Shown here in pieces: positions 45,543-55,950 of a stretch of 64,000 nt of DNA. Every line of letters begins with the position of its first letter. The stretch's first letter is position 1. The position numbers and the translations under genes are program-made. The stretch lies in contig JAWXVC010000011.1 in the NCBI GenBank assembly GCA_044425805.1, forward strand, positions 7,768 to 71,767, in the 5' to 3' direction. This DNA is from Lachnospiraceae bacterium. GTDB lineage: Bacteria; Bacillota; Clostridia; Lachnospirales; Lachnospiraceae. The notes under the pieces are model-generated. The model had not been told where the DNA came from, made no database searches, and worked only from the letters and a program-made list of their open reading frames with translations.

Positions 45543-46542
45543 TATTATTTCTTTTTCCAATCAGGGAGATTTACTAGCAGAACAAATAAAAGCTGGTTTG
45601 TGTGCAGAACAGGTAGTAATAGCAAAAGGCTTTGGTACTGAAAAAGTACCTGTGAAAACTTGGGTGAAAAAGCAGTTTGAGGAATCGGATGCGATGATTT
45701 TCGTTGGAGCAATGGGCATTTGTGTGCGTATGATAGCACCTTTTATTCAAAGCAAGGTGACTGATCCTTGTGTAGTAGTATTGGATGAAAAAGGAAGCTT
45801 TTGTATTTCAGTATTATCAGGGCATATTGGTGGTGGAAATGATTTTACGAATAGAATTGCACAGCTCGTACAGGCGACACCAGTTATTACGACAGCAACA
45901 GATGTAAATGATATATTTGCAATTGATAGCTTTGCTACGAAAAAGGGCTATAAAATTAAAAACACACATTGTATTAAAAACATTTCTGCCAAGCTATTAA
46001 AGGGAGAAGACGTATATATATATAGTGATTTTCCAGTTGAAAACGTACCAAAGAATATACAGGTTACGGTTCGAGAAGGAATGCTTGATCGATTATATGA
46101 TGCTTATATTACATATCAATCTATTGCAAATCAAGATGCACTTATCGTAGTTGTTCAGGCTTTAACAGTTGGTGTTGGGTGTAGAAAAGACAAAGAAAGC
46201 TCTATTGTAAATTCTTTCTTTGAAGAAGTATTACAGGAAGCAAATATGGATATAGATGCGGTAGCTAAGGTTGGTAGCATTGACATTAAGTCAGAGGAAG
46301 TGGCTATTTGGGATATCGTAACAAGGTGCAAAGCATCTGTGGAATTTTTTACAAAGGAAGTATTAAATGAACAGACAGGAACAGTTTCAAGTTCTGAATT
46401 TGTACTAAAAACAGTTGGAACGGATTGCGTATGCGAGCGGAGTGCAGTGGCACTAGGTGGAGCATTAGTTGTTCCCAAAAAGTCTTATGATGGTGTAACA
46501 ATAGCAGTTGGTTTAGTAGAGAAAAAGATAGACTTTAGATAG
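45532..46542 (+). CDS. cbiG: Cobalt-precorrin-5A hydrolase CbiG
   Basis: GTG 45532 follows AGAGAGG. The N-terminal, middle and C-terminal CbiG regions are recognisable. The ORF-track 5' extension overlaps cbiF. Confidence 0.8.
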   Translation: MKISIISFSNQGDLLAEQIKAGLCAEQVVIAKGFGTEKVPVKTWVKKQFEESDAMIFVGAMGICVRMIAPFIQSKVTDPCVVVLDEKGSFCISVLSGHIGGGNDFTNRIAQLVQATPVITTATDVNDIFAIDSFATKKGYKIKNTHCIKNISAKLLKGEDVYIYSDFPVENVPKNIQVTVREGMLDRLYDAYITYQSIANQDALIVVVQALTVGVGCRKDKESSIVNSFFEEVLQEANMDIDAVAKVGSIDIKSEEVAIWDIVTRCKASVEFFTKEVLNEQTGTVSSSEFVLKTVGTDCVCERSAVALGGALVVPKKSYDGVTIAVGLVEKKIDFR

Positions 46543-46558
46543 TAAGGATGACAAGAAA

Positions 46559-47299
46559 ATGAGCGTAAAGAAGTTATATGTAGTAGGAATTGGCCCTGGA
46601 GATGAGCAGTTTATGACATTTGCAGCTAGAAAAGCGTTAGAGGCTTGTGAACTTATATGCGGTTATACAGTGTATGTGGAATTGGTACAGAAATTTATGC
46701 CAGAAAAGGAAGTATTATCTACACCGATGATGCAAGAAATCGAGCGTTGTAGACTTTCCCTAGAGAAAGCAAATGAAGGGAAAACAGTGGCTATGGTAGG
46801 TAGTGGGGATGCAGGTGTTTATGCACTTGCAGGTCCAATCCTTGAAATGAGCGAACTTTATCCAGAAGTTGAAATCGAAGTAGTAGCTGGAATTACAGCT
46901 GCACTTAGCGGTGGAGCAGTTCTTGGGGCACCACTTACGCATGATTTTGCTACGATTTCTTTGAGCGATTTAATGACGCCATTTGACCTTATTATGAAGC
47001 GCGTGGAGTGTGCAGCAATTGGTGATTTTTGTATTGCTATTTACAATCCATCTAGTAAGAAAAGAAGCGATTACTTAAGACAAGCATGTGAAATTTTATT
47101 ACAGCATAGACGCAAGGATACAGTATGCGGAATTGTAAGAAATATAGGTAGGGACAGAGAAGAAAAAACAATCTTAACCTTAGAAGCATTAAAAGATACA
47201 AAGGTAGATATGTTCTCTACTGTTTTTGTTGGAAATAGCCAAACAAAAGTAATTAAAGGCAAGATGGTAACACCGAGAGGGTATGATTTAACAGTATGA
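46559..47299 (+). CDS. cbiH: Cobalt-precorrin-3B C17-methyltransferase CbiH
   Basis: LYVVGIGPGD...GSGDAGVYA TP-methylase motifs. Confidence 0.85.
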   Translation: MSVKKLYVVGIGPGDEQFMTFAARKALEACELICGYTVYVELVQKFMPEKEVLSTPMMQEIERCRLSLEKANEGKTVAMVGSGDAGVYALAGPILEMSELYPEVEIEVVAGITAALSGGAVLGAPLTHDFATISLSDLMTPFDLIMKRVECAAIGDFCIAIYNPSSKKRSDYLRQACEILLQHRRKDTVCGIVRNIGRDREEKTILTLEALKDTKVDMFSTVFVGNSQTKVIKGKMVTPRGYDLTV

Positions 47300-48033
47300 A
47301 AACAGGGCTGATTTTTGGTGGAACGCTAGATGGTAGAGTGCTAGCTGAGACGTTAGTAGAGTATGGTTATGATATTCATTTATGTGTAGCAACCGAGTGT
47401 GGTAAGGAAATGATTGCAAAGGCACATGAGCGTTTAACGATTCACGTAGGTAGATTAACAATAGAAGAAATGAAATCACTAATCAACGATTGTAAGTGTG
47501 ATACCGTGATTGATGCGACACATCCATATGCAGTTGAGGTAACGAAAAACATCAAAGAAGCTTGTACGCAGGTTTTGTATGTACGCATGTTAAGAGAGTC
47601 AAGTGATTTGTCGTCAGCATGCATCGTTTCTAGTATTGAAGAGGCATGTGCAATTGCAAAGGATGGAAATATATTGGCTACAACAGGTAGTAAAGAAATA
47701 AAAAAATATCAGTGTTTACCAGAATATCAAAGAAGATTATATGCACGCGTGTTACCTACACAGGAATCTATTGATTTGTGTGAGGCAGCAGGATTAGATG
47801 CAGAACACATTATTAAGCACCTTGGAGTGTGTAGTGTAGAGCAAAATATAGAACTGCTTGAACAATACCAAATCAAAACTTTGATTACAAAGGATGGTGG
47901 TAAAACAGGTGGTTTTATAGAAAAAAAATTAGCGTGCGAGCAAATGGGTATAGAGTTTATAGTGATTAAAAGAGCAAATGTAGAAGAAGGATTTTCACTA
48001 AGTTCATTGATTGCACAGTATTGTACAAAATAA
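47296..48033 (+). CDS. cbiJ: Cobalt-precorrin-6A reductase CbiJ
   Basis: IFGGTLDGR N-terminus, 245 aa, ATGA overlap with cbiH. Confidence 0.8.
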   Translation: MKTGLIFGGTLDGRVLAETLVEYGYDIHLCVATECGKEMIAKAHERLTIHVGRLTIEEMKSLINDCKCDTVIDATHPYAVEVTKNIKEACTQVLYVRMLRESSDLSSACIVSSIEEACAIAKDGNILATTGSKEIKKYQCLPEYQRRLYARVLPTQESIDLCEAAGLDAEHIIKHLGVCSVEQNIELLEQYQIKTLITKDGGKTGGFIEKKLACEQMGIEFIVIKRANVEEGFSLSSLIAQYCTK

Positions 48034-48053
48034 AAAGAAGGGGCATAAACAAA

Positions 48054-49283
48054 ATGAGAGTAAGCATTATTGCAAGTGGAATGGGACAATGTGGAACCTT
48101 GACAAGAGAAGCACAGGAACGATTGGCATGTGCCGAGTTGATTATCGGAGCAAAGCGTATTATTGCTGAATATGACTCGCTAAAAGCAGAAAAGATTGCA
48201 GCAGTAGCTGCAGAACAAATCGTAAATTGTATAAAGGATGCAATGGCAGAAGAAATTGTAGTGGCAATGAGTGGTGATACTGGTTTTTACAGTGGAACGA
48301 AATCACTTCTTATGCAGCTTGATACGTTCATACAAGAAGGAAATCAGGTGGAAGTGATTCCAGGTGTTTCAAGTGTGCAATATATGGCAAGCAGGATTAT
48401 GAGACCTTGGCAGGATGTGAAATTAGCATCTGCACACGGGAAGTTTTGTAATGTTGTAGGAACTGTACTTTCGAATAGAGAAACCTTCTTTTTAACAGGT
48501 GGTGTATTGACGGTTAAAGTCATTTTAGAAAAGTTATTTGAAGTTGGCCTTGGCAATGCGGAGGTTTACGTTGGAGAGAGGTTGTCCTATAGTGATGAAA
48601 GAGTTACACATGGCAAGGTATTAGAGCTTGTGAATCAAACCTTCGACAAATTAGCTGTGATGTGGGTCGTTCGAGATGAGATTTTCATAGATCGTAACAG
48701 CACGATTAGGGATGATGATTTCATAAGAGGAAAGGTTCCTATGACAAAGGGCGAGGTTCGCTCAGTAGTATGTGATTATTTTAATGTTAAAGATAACGAT
48801 ATTATATATGATATCGGAGCGGGAACAGGTTCGGTGGCGATTAAGCTTGCTTTAAAATATCCGATGGCTACTGTAAAGGCGATTGAGGTTAATGAAGATG
48901 CTATAGATTTGATACATCAAAACAGAGAGAATTTGCAAGCATATAATATGTCTGTTTTTCATGGTGAAGCATCAGAACTATTAGCTGAATTTGAAGCACC
49001 AAATCATGTATTCATAGGCGGTTCAAAGGGCAATTTAGAGCAGATTTTAGACACGATTTTAGCGATTAATCCTGATGCGAGTGTTTTGATTTCGGCAGTG
49101 ACTATGGAGACGGTTGTAGAAGCTACGAATCTTTGTAAGAAATATTTCGGATGTGATATAGAGATAACGCAAATTAGTGTTAGCAGAACAAAGGCTATAG
49201 GGCGTTACAATATGCTAAAAGCCGAAAGTCCTATTTTCTTGATTGGAAGAAGGAAGGTACAAACATGTCTAATCCTAGATTAA
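48054..49283 (+). CDS. cbiET: Fused cobalt-precorrin-6B/7 methyltransferase-decarboxylase CbiE-CbiT
   Basis: N-terminal TP-methylase half plus C-terminal SAM methyltransferase (DIGAGTGSVAIK). Confidence 0.85.
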   Translation: MRVSIIASGMGQCGTLTREAQERLACAELIIGAKRIIAEYDSLKAEKIAAVAAEQIVNCIKDAMAEEIVVAMSGDTGFYSGTKSLLMQLDTFIQEGNQVEVIPGVSSVQYMASRIMRPWQDVKLASAHGKFCNVVGTVLSNRETFFLTGGVLTVKVILEKLFEVGLGNAEVYVGERLSYSDERVTHGKVLELVNQTFDKLAVMWVVRDEIFIDRNSTIRDDDFIRGKVPMTKGEVRSVVCDYFNVKDNDIIYDIGAGTGSVAIKLALKYPMATVKAIEVNEDAIDLIHQNRENLQAYNMSVFHGEASELLAEFEAPNHVFIGGSKGNLEQILDTILAINPDASVLISAVTMETVVEATNLCKKYFGCDIEITQISVSRTKAIGRYNMLKAESPIFLIGRRKVQTCLILD

Positions 49284-50593
49284 TGATATCTGCAATAAAA
49301 AGTGGGGCAGGTAAAACTACGATTACATGTGGATTGCTCCGCACTTTGCAAAAAATGAATTTGAATCCTTCAGCATTTAAGTGTGGTCCAGACTATATCG
49401 ATCCACTATTTCATAGTACGGTTATTGGTGCAAAAGGCTGTAATCTGGATTTGTTTTTTACAGAGAAAGAAGTGTGCAAGCAGTTGTTTTGTGAATATGC
49501 TGAGGGGAGTGATATTGCAATTGTAGAAGGGGTTATGGGATTTTACGATGGATTATCAGGAAGTAGTATGCAGGCAAGTGCACAGGATGTTTCGAATACG
49601 CTCGATATACCTGTAGTATTAGCAATTGATGTAAAGGGGGCAGCCCTTACGATTGCAGCGATTGTTAAAGGCTTACAGGAATTTGCACCGAATCATATAA
49701 AAGGTGTTATACTAAATAATTGTAGTAAAATGATGTATCCGATGTATCAATCTATAATCGAAGAACATTGCAATGTTAAGGTATATGGGTATGTGCCACA
49801 CAATGTTTCTTATGCAATTGAAAGCAGACATTTAGGTCTTGTAACGGCAGATGAGATTACAGATTTAGAGCAAAAACTTGATTTACTTGCAGATACGATG
49901 TTAGAAAGTCTTGATTTAGAAGGATTACTTTTCTTAGCAAGAGATACGAAGGAAATATCTTATACGCAAAGTCAGGTAGAAAAGGTAACAGATAAATCGC
50001 CAAGATTAGCGATTGCTAGAGATCGTGCATTTTGCTTTTATTATAGAGAAAACTTGGATTTACTCCAAAAATTAGGTGTAGAACTTGTGGAGTTTTCTCC
50101 ATTAGAAGATGCTTGTCTTCCAGACAACATTCAAGGGATTTATATTGGTGGTGGATATCCAGAATTATATTTAGAGAAGTTAAGTTCCAATCATACGATG
50201 AAAGCGTCTATTAAAGAGGCTATTGCAGCAGGTGTTGTTACCTTTGCTGAATGTGGTGGTTTTATGTATTTACAAGAACAAATTGATGGCTATGACATGG
50301 TTGGTGCAATTAGTGGTAACAGTGAAAATATACATAAATTATCAAGATTTGGTTATTGTACCTTATCAGCAAAGCAGGATACTGTCTTATGTGCAAAAGG
50401 GGAAGAAATTCGTGCACATGAATTTCATTATTATGATAGTACTAATAATGGAGACAGTTTCTTTGTAAGCAAACCAAAATCAAAGAGAAGTTGGGAAGCG
50501 AGTATAGCTACAGACACGTTACTAGCAGGCTATCCACACCTGTATTTTTATGCAAATAAGAACTTTGCAAAGCACTTTGTGGGGAAAATGTGA
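49265..50593 (+). CDS. cbiA: Cobyrinate a,c-diamide synthase CbiA
   Basis: SGAGKTTITCGL P-loop and a C-terminal GATase domain (ECGGFMYL). Confidence 0.9.
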   Translation: MSNPRLMISAIKSGAGKTTITCGLLRTLQKMNLNPSAFKCGPDYIDPLFHSTVIGAKGCNLDLFFTEKEVCKQLFCEYAEGSDIAIVEGVMGFYDGLSGSSMQASAQDVSNTLDIPVVLAIDVKGAALTIAAIVKGLQEFAPNHIKGVILNNCSKMMYPMYQSIIEEHCNVKVYGYVPHNVSYAIESRHLGLVTADEITDLEQKLDLLADTMLESLDLEGLLFLARDTKEISYTQSQVEKVTDKSPRLAIARDRAFCFYYRENLDLLQKLGVELVEFSPLEDACLPDNIQGIYIGGGYPELYLEKLSSNHTMKASIKEAIAAGVVTFAECGGFMYLQEQIDGYDMVGAISGNSENIHKLSRFGYCTLSAKQDTVLCAKGEEIRAHEFHYYDSTNNGDSFFVSKPKSKRSWEASIATDTLLAGYPHLYFYANKNFAKHFVGKM

Positions 50594-50606
50594 TACACTG
50601 TTATTG

Positions 50607-50727
50607 GGTATTTATATAGTGCTTTTATGTAAGCATTTGTGAACCGTCACTCCTTGGGTGCTTGCATCCTAGTAGTGCTACGGTGAACTATAGCGAGAGC
50701 GGCTTGTCTAAAGCATTATATAAATAC
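50607..50727 (-). repeat. Hairpin-forming intergenic repeat, copy E (short form, D-like subfamily)
   Basis: The arms are GGTATTTATATAGTGCTTTTATGTAAGC / GCTTGTCTAAAGCATTATATAAATACC. The reverse complement aligns with copy D (TTTAGACA.GCCGCT.TCGCTA ... CCCAAGGA ... TTCACA). Confidence 0.65.
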
Positions 50728-50788
50728 CTAGGAGATAGGAAAATAGAATATATGAGTGATTATGAAAGGAAAAGGGGTAAAGAAGGGT

Positions 50789-52255
50789 ATGGAATTAAAA
50801 ATTGAAGAGGGTAAGTTTAATGCAAGTCCAGAGTCACTTATGCAGTATGAGTGTCCAGAATGGTTTAAGGATGCGAAGTTTGGTATTTGGTCACACTGGG
50901 GACCACAATGTGGACCAAGATTTGGGGATTGGTACGCTAGAAATATGTACATAGAGGGTCATCCTCAGTATGAATATCACTGTGAGCATTTCGGACACCC
51001 ATCAAAGGTAGGTTATAAAGATATTATTCCACTATGGAAAGCAGAAAATTTTGAACCAGACAAATTGATGGATTTATACAAGAGAATGGGGGCGAAATAT
51101 TTCGTATCTCTTGCATCTCACCATGATAATTTTGACTGTTGGGATTCAAAATATCACAAATGGAACTCTGTGAATATGGGACCGAAAAAAGATATCGTAG
51201 GTATGTGGAAAGAAGCAGCAAATAAAGCTGGACTTCCTTTTGGTGTAACAGTACATCATGAACGTAGCTATAGCTGGTTTTCTACCAATAAAGGCTGTGA
51301 TACAAAAGGTGAATACGAAGGTGTTCCATATGATGGTAATTTATCTGAATATGCAGATCTATATTATGAAAAACATGATGATACAAACTTTGGATATCCT
51401 ATAAATCCAAGCTATTCTTTTGTAAAAGGTTGGTATGATAGGGTAACAGATCTTATTACAAATTATGATCCTGATTTATTTTACTCAGATGGATCTATTC
51501 CTTTTGATGTAGTAGGTAGATCAGCAATTGCGAACTATTATAACCACAATATGAAGGTGAATAACGGCGAGCTTCGTGCGGTATATAACTTAAAGAATCT
51601 TAAGAAGCGTTCAGCAGAAACAGGTCGTTATTATGGTGATTATTATGAAGGCTGTGGTGTACAAGATATTGAACGCGGTGTTGTAAAAGATATCAATCCT
51701 AGACCATGGCAGACAGATACTTGTATCGGTGGATGGTTCTTTAAAGAAGGAAGAGAGTACAAAACAGCGACTGAGGTAATCAAGCTATTAGTAGATATTG
51801 TTAGTAAAAACGGTAACTTATTACTTAACTTCCCACTTCGCCCTGATGGAACACTAGAGGATGAAGAAATTAAGACGGCAGAAGGAATCGCAGCATGGAT
51901 GGATGTAAATGGTGAAGCGATTTTTGGTACAAGACCTTTTACACACTTTGGTGAAGGTGGAGAAACGCTTGCTGGTGGTGAATTTAATGAAAATGAAATT
52001 ACATACAATGCACATGATTTTAGATTTACGACTAAACCAGATTGTGTCTATGCGATTTGCCTTGGTTGGCCAGAAGATGGACAATTTGAAGTGAAATCAT
52101 TTGGTAGTGCAGTTTATGAAAAAGCTATCAAAAAAGTAGAGATTTTAGGTTGTGATGAAACACTTACATGGGAAGTTCTAGAAGATAAATTAGTAGTAAA
52201 AGCACCACAAGTAAAACCTTGTGATACTGCTTATACGATTAAAATAAGTGTATAA
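50789..52255 (+). CDS. Alpha-L-fucosidase (GH29)
   Basis: FGIWSHWGPQ, KYFVSLASHHDNFDCWDS and GPKKDIVG motifs are typical of GH29. The ORF opens at 50756. Confidence 0.8.
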   Translation: MELKIEEGKFNASPESLMQYECPEWFKDAKFGIWSHWGPQCGPRFGDWYARNMYIEGHPQYEYHCEHFGHPSKVGYKDIIPLWKAENFEPDKLMDLYKRMGAKYFVSLASHHDNFDCWDSKYHKWNSVNMGPKKDIVGMWKEAANKAGLPFGVTVHHERSYSWFSTNKGCDTKGEYEGVPYDGNLSEYADLYYEKHDDTNFGYPINPSYSFVKGWYDRVTDLITNYDPDLFYSDGSIPFDVVGRSAIANYYNHNMKVNNGELRAVYNLKNLKKRSAETGRYYGDYYEGCGVQDIERGVVKDINPRPWQTDTCIGGWFFKEGREYKTATEVIKLLVDIVSKNGNLLLNFPLRPDGTLEDEEIKTAEGIAAWMDVNGEAIFGTRPFTHFGEGGETLAGGEFNENEITYNAHDFRFTTKPDCVYAICLGWPEDGQFEVKSFGSAVYEKAIKKVEILGCDETLTWEVLEDKLVVKAPQVKPCDTAYTIKISV

Positions 52256-52305
52256 AAAGTAAAACGAATAGTTTTATTAGTTAATAGAAGGCGGGGAATA
52301 GATAC

Positions 52306-53781
52306 ATGGCAAAGGTGATTATGGTACAAGGGACGATGTCAAATGCTGGAAAGAGTGTTACGGTAGCGGGTCTTTGTAGAATATTTATGCAAGATGGTTA
52401 TAAGGTGGCACCCTTTAAAAGTCAGAATATGGCACTCAATAGCTTTATTACAAAAAATGGGCTTGAGATGGGGCGTGCACAGGTGATGCAAGCAGAGGCT
52501 TGTGGCATCGAACCAGATGTATCTATGAACCCTATTCTATTAAAGCCGACAAATGATGTCGGAAGTCAGATAATCGTAAATGGTGAAGTGCTCGGCAATA
52601 TGAGAGCGATTGACTATTTTAAATACAAAAAAGAGCTTATTCCTGATGTGCTAAAGGCATACAAAAAACTGGATGATGCTTATGATATTATCGTTATAGA
52701 GGGCGCAGGAAGCCCAGCAGAAATCAATCTAAAGTCTGATGATATCGTGAATATGGGTATGGCAAAAATGGTAGATGCACCAGTCTTACTTGTTGGAGAT
52801 ATTGATAGGGGAGGCGTATTCGCAAGCCTTTATGGAACAGTAAAACTATTAGAACAAGATGAGCAAGATAGAATCAAGGGACTTATTATTAATAAATTTA
52901 GAGGAGACGTCAAGATTTTAGAGCCAGGTCTTAAAATGCTTGAAGACTTGGTGGAAAAGGAAGTGCTTGGAGTGATTCCATGTATGAACTTTGACATCGA
53001 TGACGAGGATAGTCTTTCTTCTAGGTTAGATCAAACAGATATCGTAGCAGCACTTGATATTGCAGTAATTCGTTTACCACATATTTCGAATTTTACGGAT
53101 TTTAATGCATTAGAACGTTTTGAGCAAGTTTCAGTACGATATGTAAAGAGTGCAGGTGAACTTAAAAACCCTGATCTCATCATATTACCAGGAACCAAAA
53201 ACACGATTTCAGATTTACTATGGCTTAGACAATCAGGTCTAGAAGCGAGTATTTTTAAGTTAAAAGAGACACCTGTTATCGGTATTTGTGGAGGTTATCA
53301 GATACTTGGTGAGGTGCTAGATGACCCACACGGCTTAGAGCATGGGGGTACACATAAGGGTATGGGATTGTTACCAACTCATACTATTTTTGAAGAGGAA
53401 AAAACGAGAACAAGAGTGAGGGGACGCGTTGGGGACTTGACTGGATTTTTTGAAAAATGTTCGGGCACAAGTTTTGAAGGATATGAAATCCATATGGGAA
53501 AAACCACGTCATCTGGAGATTTTATGTTCTCTTTAGATAATGATACCGTAGATGGTATTGTAAGTGATAGAGTGCTAGGAAGTTATGTTCACGGTATTTT
53601 TGATACGGGTACTTTTAGCGAAAAGTTAATAGAACTACTCTTAGAAGCTAAAGGTCTTAGCTTGGATGAGAGTGTAAATTATAGCATGGAAGAGTATAAA
53701 AACAAACAATATGACATCCTTGCAGCAGGGATGAGAGAAAATCTTGATATGAAAAAGATTTATGAAATTTTGGGATTATAG
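52306..53781 (+). CDS. cobQ: Cobyric acid synthase CobQ/CbiP
   Basis: [13 protein letters not shown]-loop and C-terminal GATase (GICGGYQ). Confidence 0.9.
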   Translation: MAKVIMVQGTMSNAGKSVTVAGLCRIFMQDGYKVAPFKSQNMALNSFITKNGLEMGRAQVMQAEACGIEPDVSMNPILLKPTNDVGSQIIVNGEVLGNMRAIDYFKYKKELIPDVLKAYKKLDDAYDIIVIEGAGSPAEINLKSDDIVNMGMAKMVDAPVLLVGDIDRGGVFASLYGTVKLLEQDEQDRIKGLIINKFRGDVKILEPGLKMLEDLVEKEVLGVIPCMNFDIDDEDSLSSRLDQTDIVAALDIAVIRLPHISNFTDFNALERFEQVSVRYVKSAGELKNPDLIILPGTKNTISDLLWLRQSGLEASIFKLKETPVIGICGGYQILGEVLDDPHGLEHGGTHKGMGLLPTHTIFEEEKTRTRVRGRVGDLTGFFEKCSGTSFEGYEIHMGKTTSSGDFMFSLDNDTVDGIVSDRVLGSYVHGIFDTGTFSEKLIELLLEAKGLSLDESVNYSMEEYKNKQYDILAAGMRENLDMKKIYEILGL

Positions 53782-53792
53782 GGTGAAAAACA

Positions 53793-54428
53793 ATGATAAA
53801 AAATGTATTACCAAAAGATATAGAAGCAAGGTCATTTGAAATAATAACAGAGGAATTACAAGATATGGGCATCGTATTAGAGGAAGTAAATGAGCTTGTG
53901 ATCAAAAGAGCAATTCATACCTCGGCTGATTTTTCCTATGCCGAAAATCTTGTTTTTTCTGAGGATGTTGTGAAAAATAGCATAGCGTTATTCAAAGAAG
54001 GATGCACGATTGTTACAGATACGAATATGGGTAAATCAGGTATTAATAAAACAGCGTGTGCGAAGCTTGGTATTAACGTTGAATGCTTTATTGCAGATGA
54101 AGATGTGGCAAAGATGGCAAAAGAAGATGGAACCACAAGAGCAACTGCAAGCATCGTAAAAGCATCCAAAATAGAGGGTAATGTCGTCTTTGCAATTGGT
54201 AATGCACCAACTGCACTTATTAAAATAGAAGAGATGATAAAAGCAAAGCAGCTAGATCCTAAGCTTGTGATTGCTGTTCCTGTAGGATTTGTAAATGTAG
54301 TAGAAAGTAAAGAATTAATTCTTGATTTAGAAAATACACCTTATATTGTAGCTAAGGGCAGAAAAGGTGGTAGTAATATCGCAGCAAGTATTGTAAACGC
54401 AATACTTTATCAGGCGACTGAGCGTTAA
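53793..54428 (+). CDS. cbiC: Cobalt-precorrin-8 methylmutase CbiC
   Basis: RAIHTSADF and GNAPTAL motifs. Confidence 0.85.
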   Translation: MIKNVLPKDIEARSFEIITEELQDMGIVLEEVNELVIKRAIHTSADFSYAENLVFSEDVVKNSIALFKEGCTIVTDTNMGKSGINKTACAKLGINVECFIADEDVAKMAKEDGTTRATASIVKASKIEGNVVFAIGNAPTALIKIEEMIKAKQLDPKLVIAVPVGFVNVVESKELILDLENTPYIVAKGRKGGSNIAASIVNAILYQATER

Positions 54429-54455
54429 GACTTATGAGGAAGGGGATTTCGTGCG

Positions 54456-55478
54456 ATGTATTATATTACTTCAGCAGGCATAGATTACAGTACTGCGAAT
54501 ATCGAAATCAGAGAGAAATTTTCACTTACAAAAGCAAAGCAAATAGAATTTTATACCTATTTAAAAAGTTTACCAGATGTATTAGGGGCAACGATTTTAT
54601 CGACCTGTAATAGAATGGAGCTATATTTATCTCTAAAGGAAGGCTCACAGGTAGAAGCTTTTTCGCTTATTTGTACTTTTTTAAATATAGAAGAGCATGC
54701 TTATGTGGGAAAGAGAGTGTACTATGAACAGACTGCATTAATTGAACATTTATGTTTACTTGCATGTGGTGCGAAATCTCAGATATTTGGTGAAGATCAG
54801 ATTATTACACAGATTAAGTCAGCAATCTTACTTTCAAGAGAAGAAGATATGACAGATAGCATTATGGAGGTTTTATTTCGAACAGCAATTTCATGTGGAA
54901 AGAAGATTAAGACCACTGTTAATTTGACCCAAAAAGAAACCTCTATTGCAGACTATGTGATTGATACAATTATGGAAAAAAAGTTTCCCGTAGAGAAAGT
55001 TTTAGTCATTGGAAATGGTGAAATGGGCCGTTATATGGGTGAAAAACTCGTGAGACAAGGTTTTATGGTGTGGATGAGTGTACGAGAGTATAGACATAGC
55101 AAAGTACAGCTTCCAAAAGGATGTATGGGTGTAGATTACAGTAAAATATATGAAAAAATGCAAGAGGTGGACGCAGTTGTATCTGCTACACTTAGCCCAC
55201 ATTTTACGGTGAAATACCAGGGATTTTCAACGTTATTAAAAAAACCAAAATATTTGTTTGATTTAGCAGTTCCAAGAGATGTTGATACAGATATTGCTAG
55301 TATAGAGGGGATTTGTATCTATGATGTGGATGAGCTTAGTAAGAACGGTTCTGCAGATATACATACGAAACAGCTTATAGAAATCAAGAAAATCACGCAA
55401 AAATTTATCGCAGATTTTGAAAAATGGTATTCCTTTAAAGAAGGACTTTGTATTTATGGAGAAGCAGATGAAGCATAA
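54456..55478 (+). CDS. hemA: Glutamyl-tRNA reductase HemA (short form)
   Basis: STCNRMELY catalytic Cys motif and VIGNGEMG NADPH site. Only 340 aa. Confidence 0.8.
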   Translation: MYYITSAGIDYSTANIEIREKFSLTKAKQIEFYTYLKSLPDVLGATILSTCNRMELYLSLKEGSQVEAFSLICTFLNIEEHAYVGKRVYYEQTALIEHLCLLACGAKSQIFGEDQIITQIKSAILLSREEDMTDSIMEVLFRTAISCGKKIKTTVNLTQKETSIADYVIDTIMEKKFPVEKVLVIGNGEMGRYMGEKLVRQGFMVWMSVREYRHSKVQLPKGCMGVDYSKIYEKMQEVDAVVSATLSPHFTVKYQGFSTLLKKPKYLFDLAVPRDVDTDIASIEGICIYDVDELSKNGSADIHTKQLIEIKKITQKFIADFEKWYSFKEGLCIYGEADEA

Positions 55479-55950
55479 AATATTTCCAGTTTTTTATAAA
55501 TTAAATTATGAAAAAATCGTTGTAGTGGGTGGTGGAAGTATTGCTACAAGACGTGTCAAAACGTTGCTACAATTTGATTTTGAAATCGTAGTGGTAGCAA
55601 AGGAAGCTTCTAAAGAACTTAAGGGAATAGAAGAACAAGGTGATATCACACTCCACACAAAAGAAATAAAGATAGAGGACGAAGATACCATCATGAGATT
55701 TTGTGAAGGTGCATATCTTGTAGTAGCATGTACGGATGATAAGCTTTTAAATGAGCAAATTGTACGAACGGCAAGAGCGCATGGATCGTTGGTTAATGCA
55801 TGTGATAATAAATCGCTTTGTGATTTTCATTTTCCAGGAATACATGCAGTGGATGGCGTTGTAATCGCAGTAGCTGGAGATGGCAGTGACCATCATAAAA
55901 CAGCAAAGGTTTTACAAAAAATAAGGGATGGGATTTCTTATGAAGATTAG
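55468..55950 (+). CDS. sirC: Precorrin-2 dehydrogenase / sirohydrochlorin ferrochelatase (SirC/CysG N-domain-like)
   Basis: VVVGGGSIATRRVKTLL Rossmann motif. The start overlaps the hemA 3' end. An alternative ATG lies at 55456. Confidence 0.75.
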   Translation: MKHKIFPVFYKLNYEKIVVVGGGSIATRRVKTLLQFDFEIVVVAKEASKELKGIEEQGDITLHTKEIKIEDEDTIMRFCEGAYLVVACTDDKLLNEQIVRTARAHGSLVNACDNKSLCDFHFPGIHAVDGVVIAVAGDGSDHHKTAKVLQKIRDGISYED

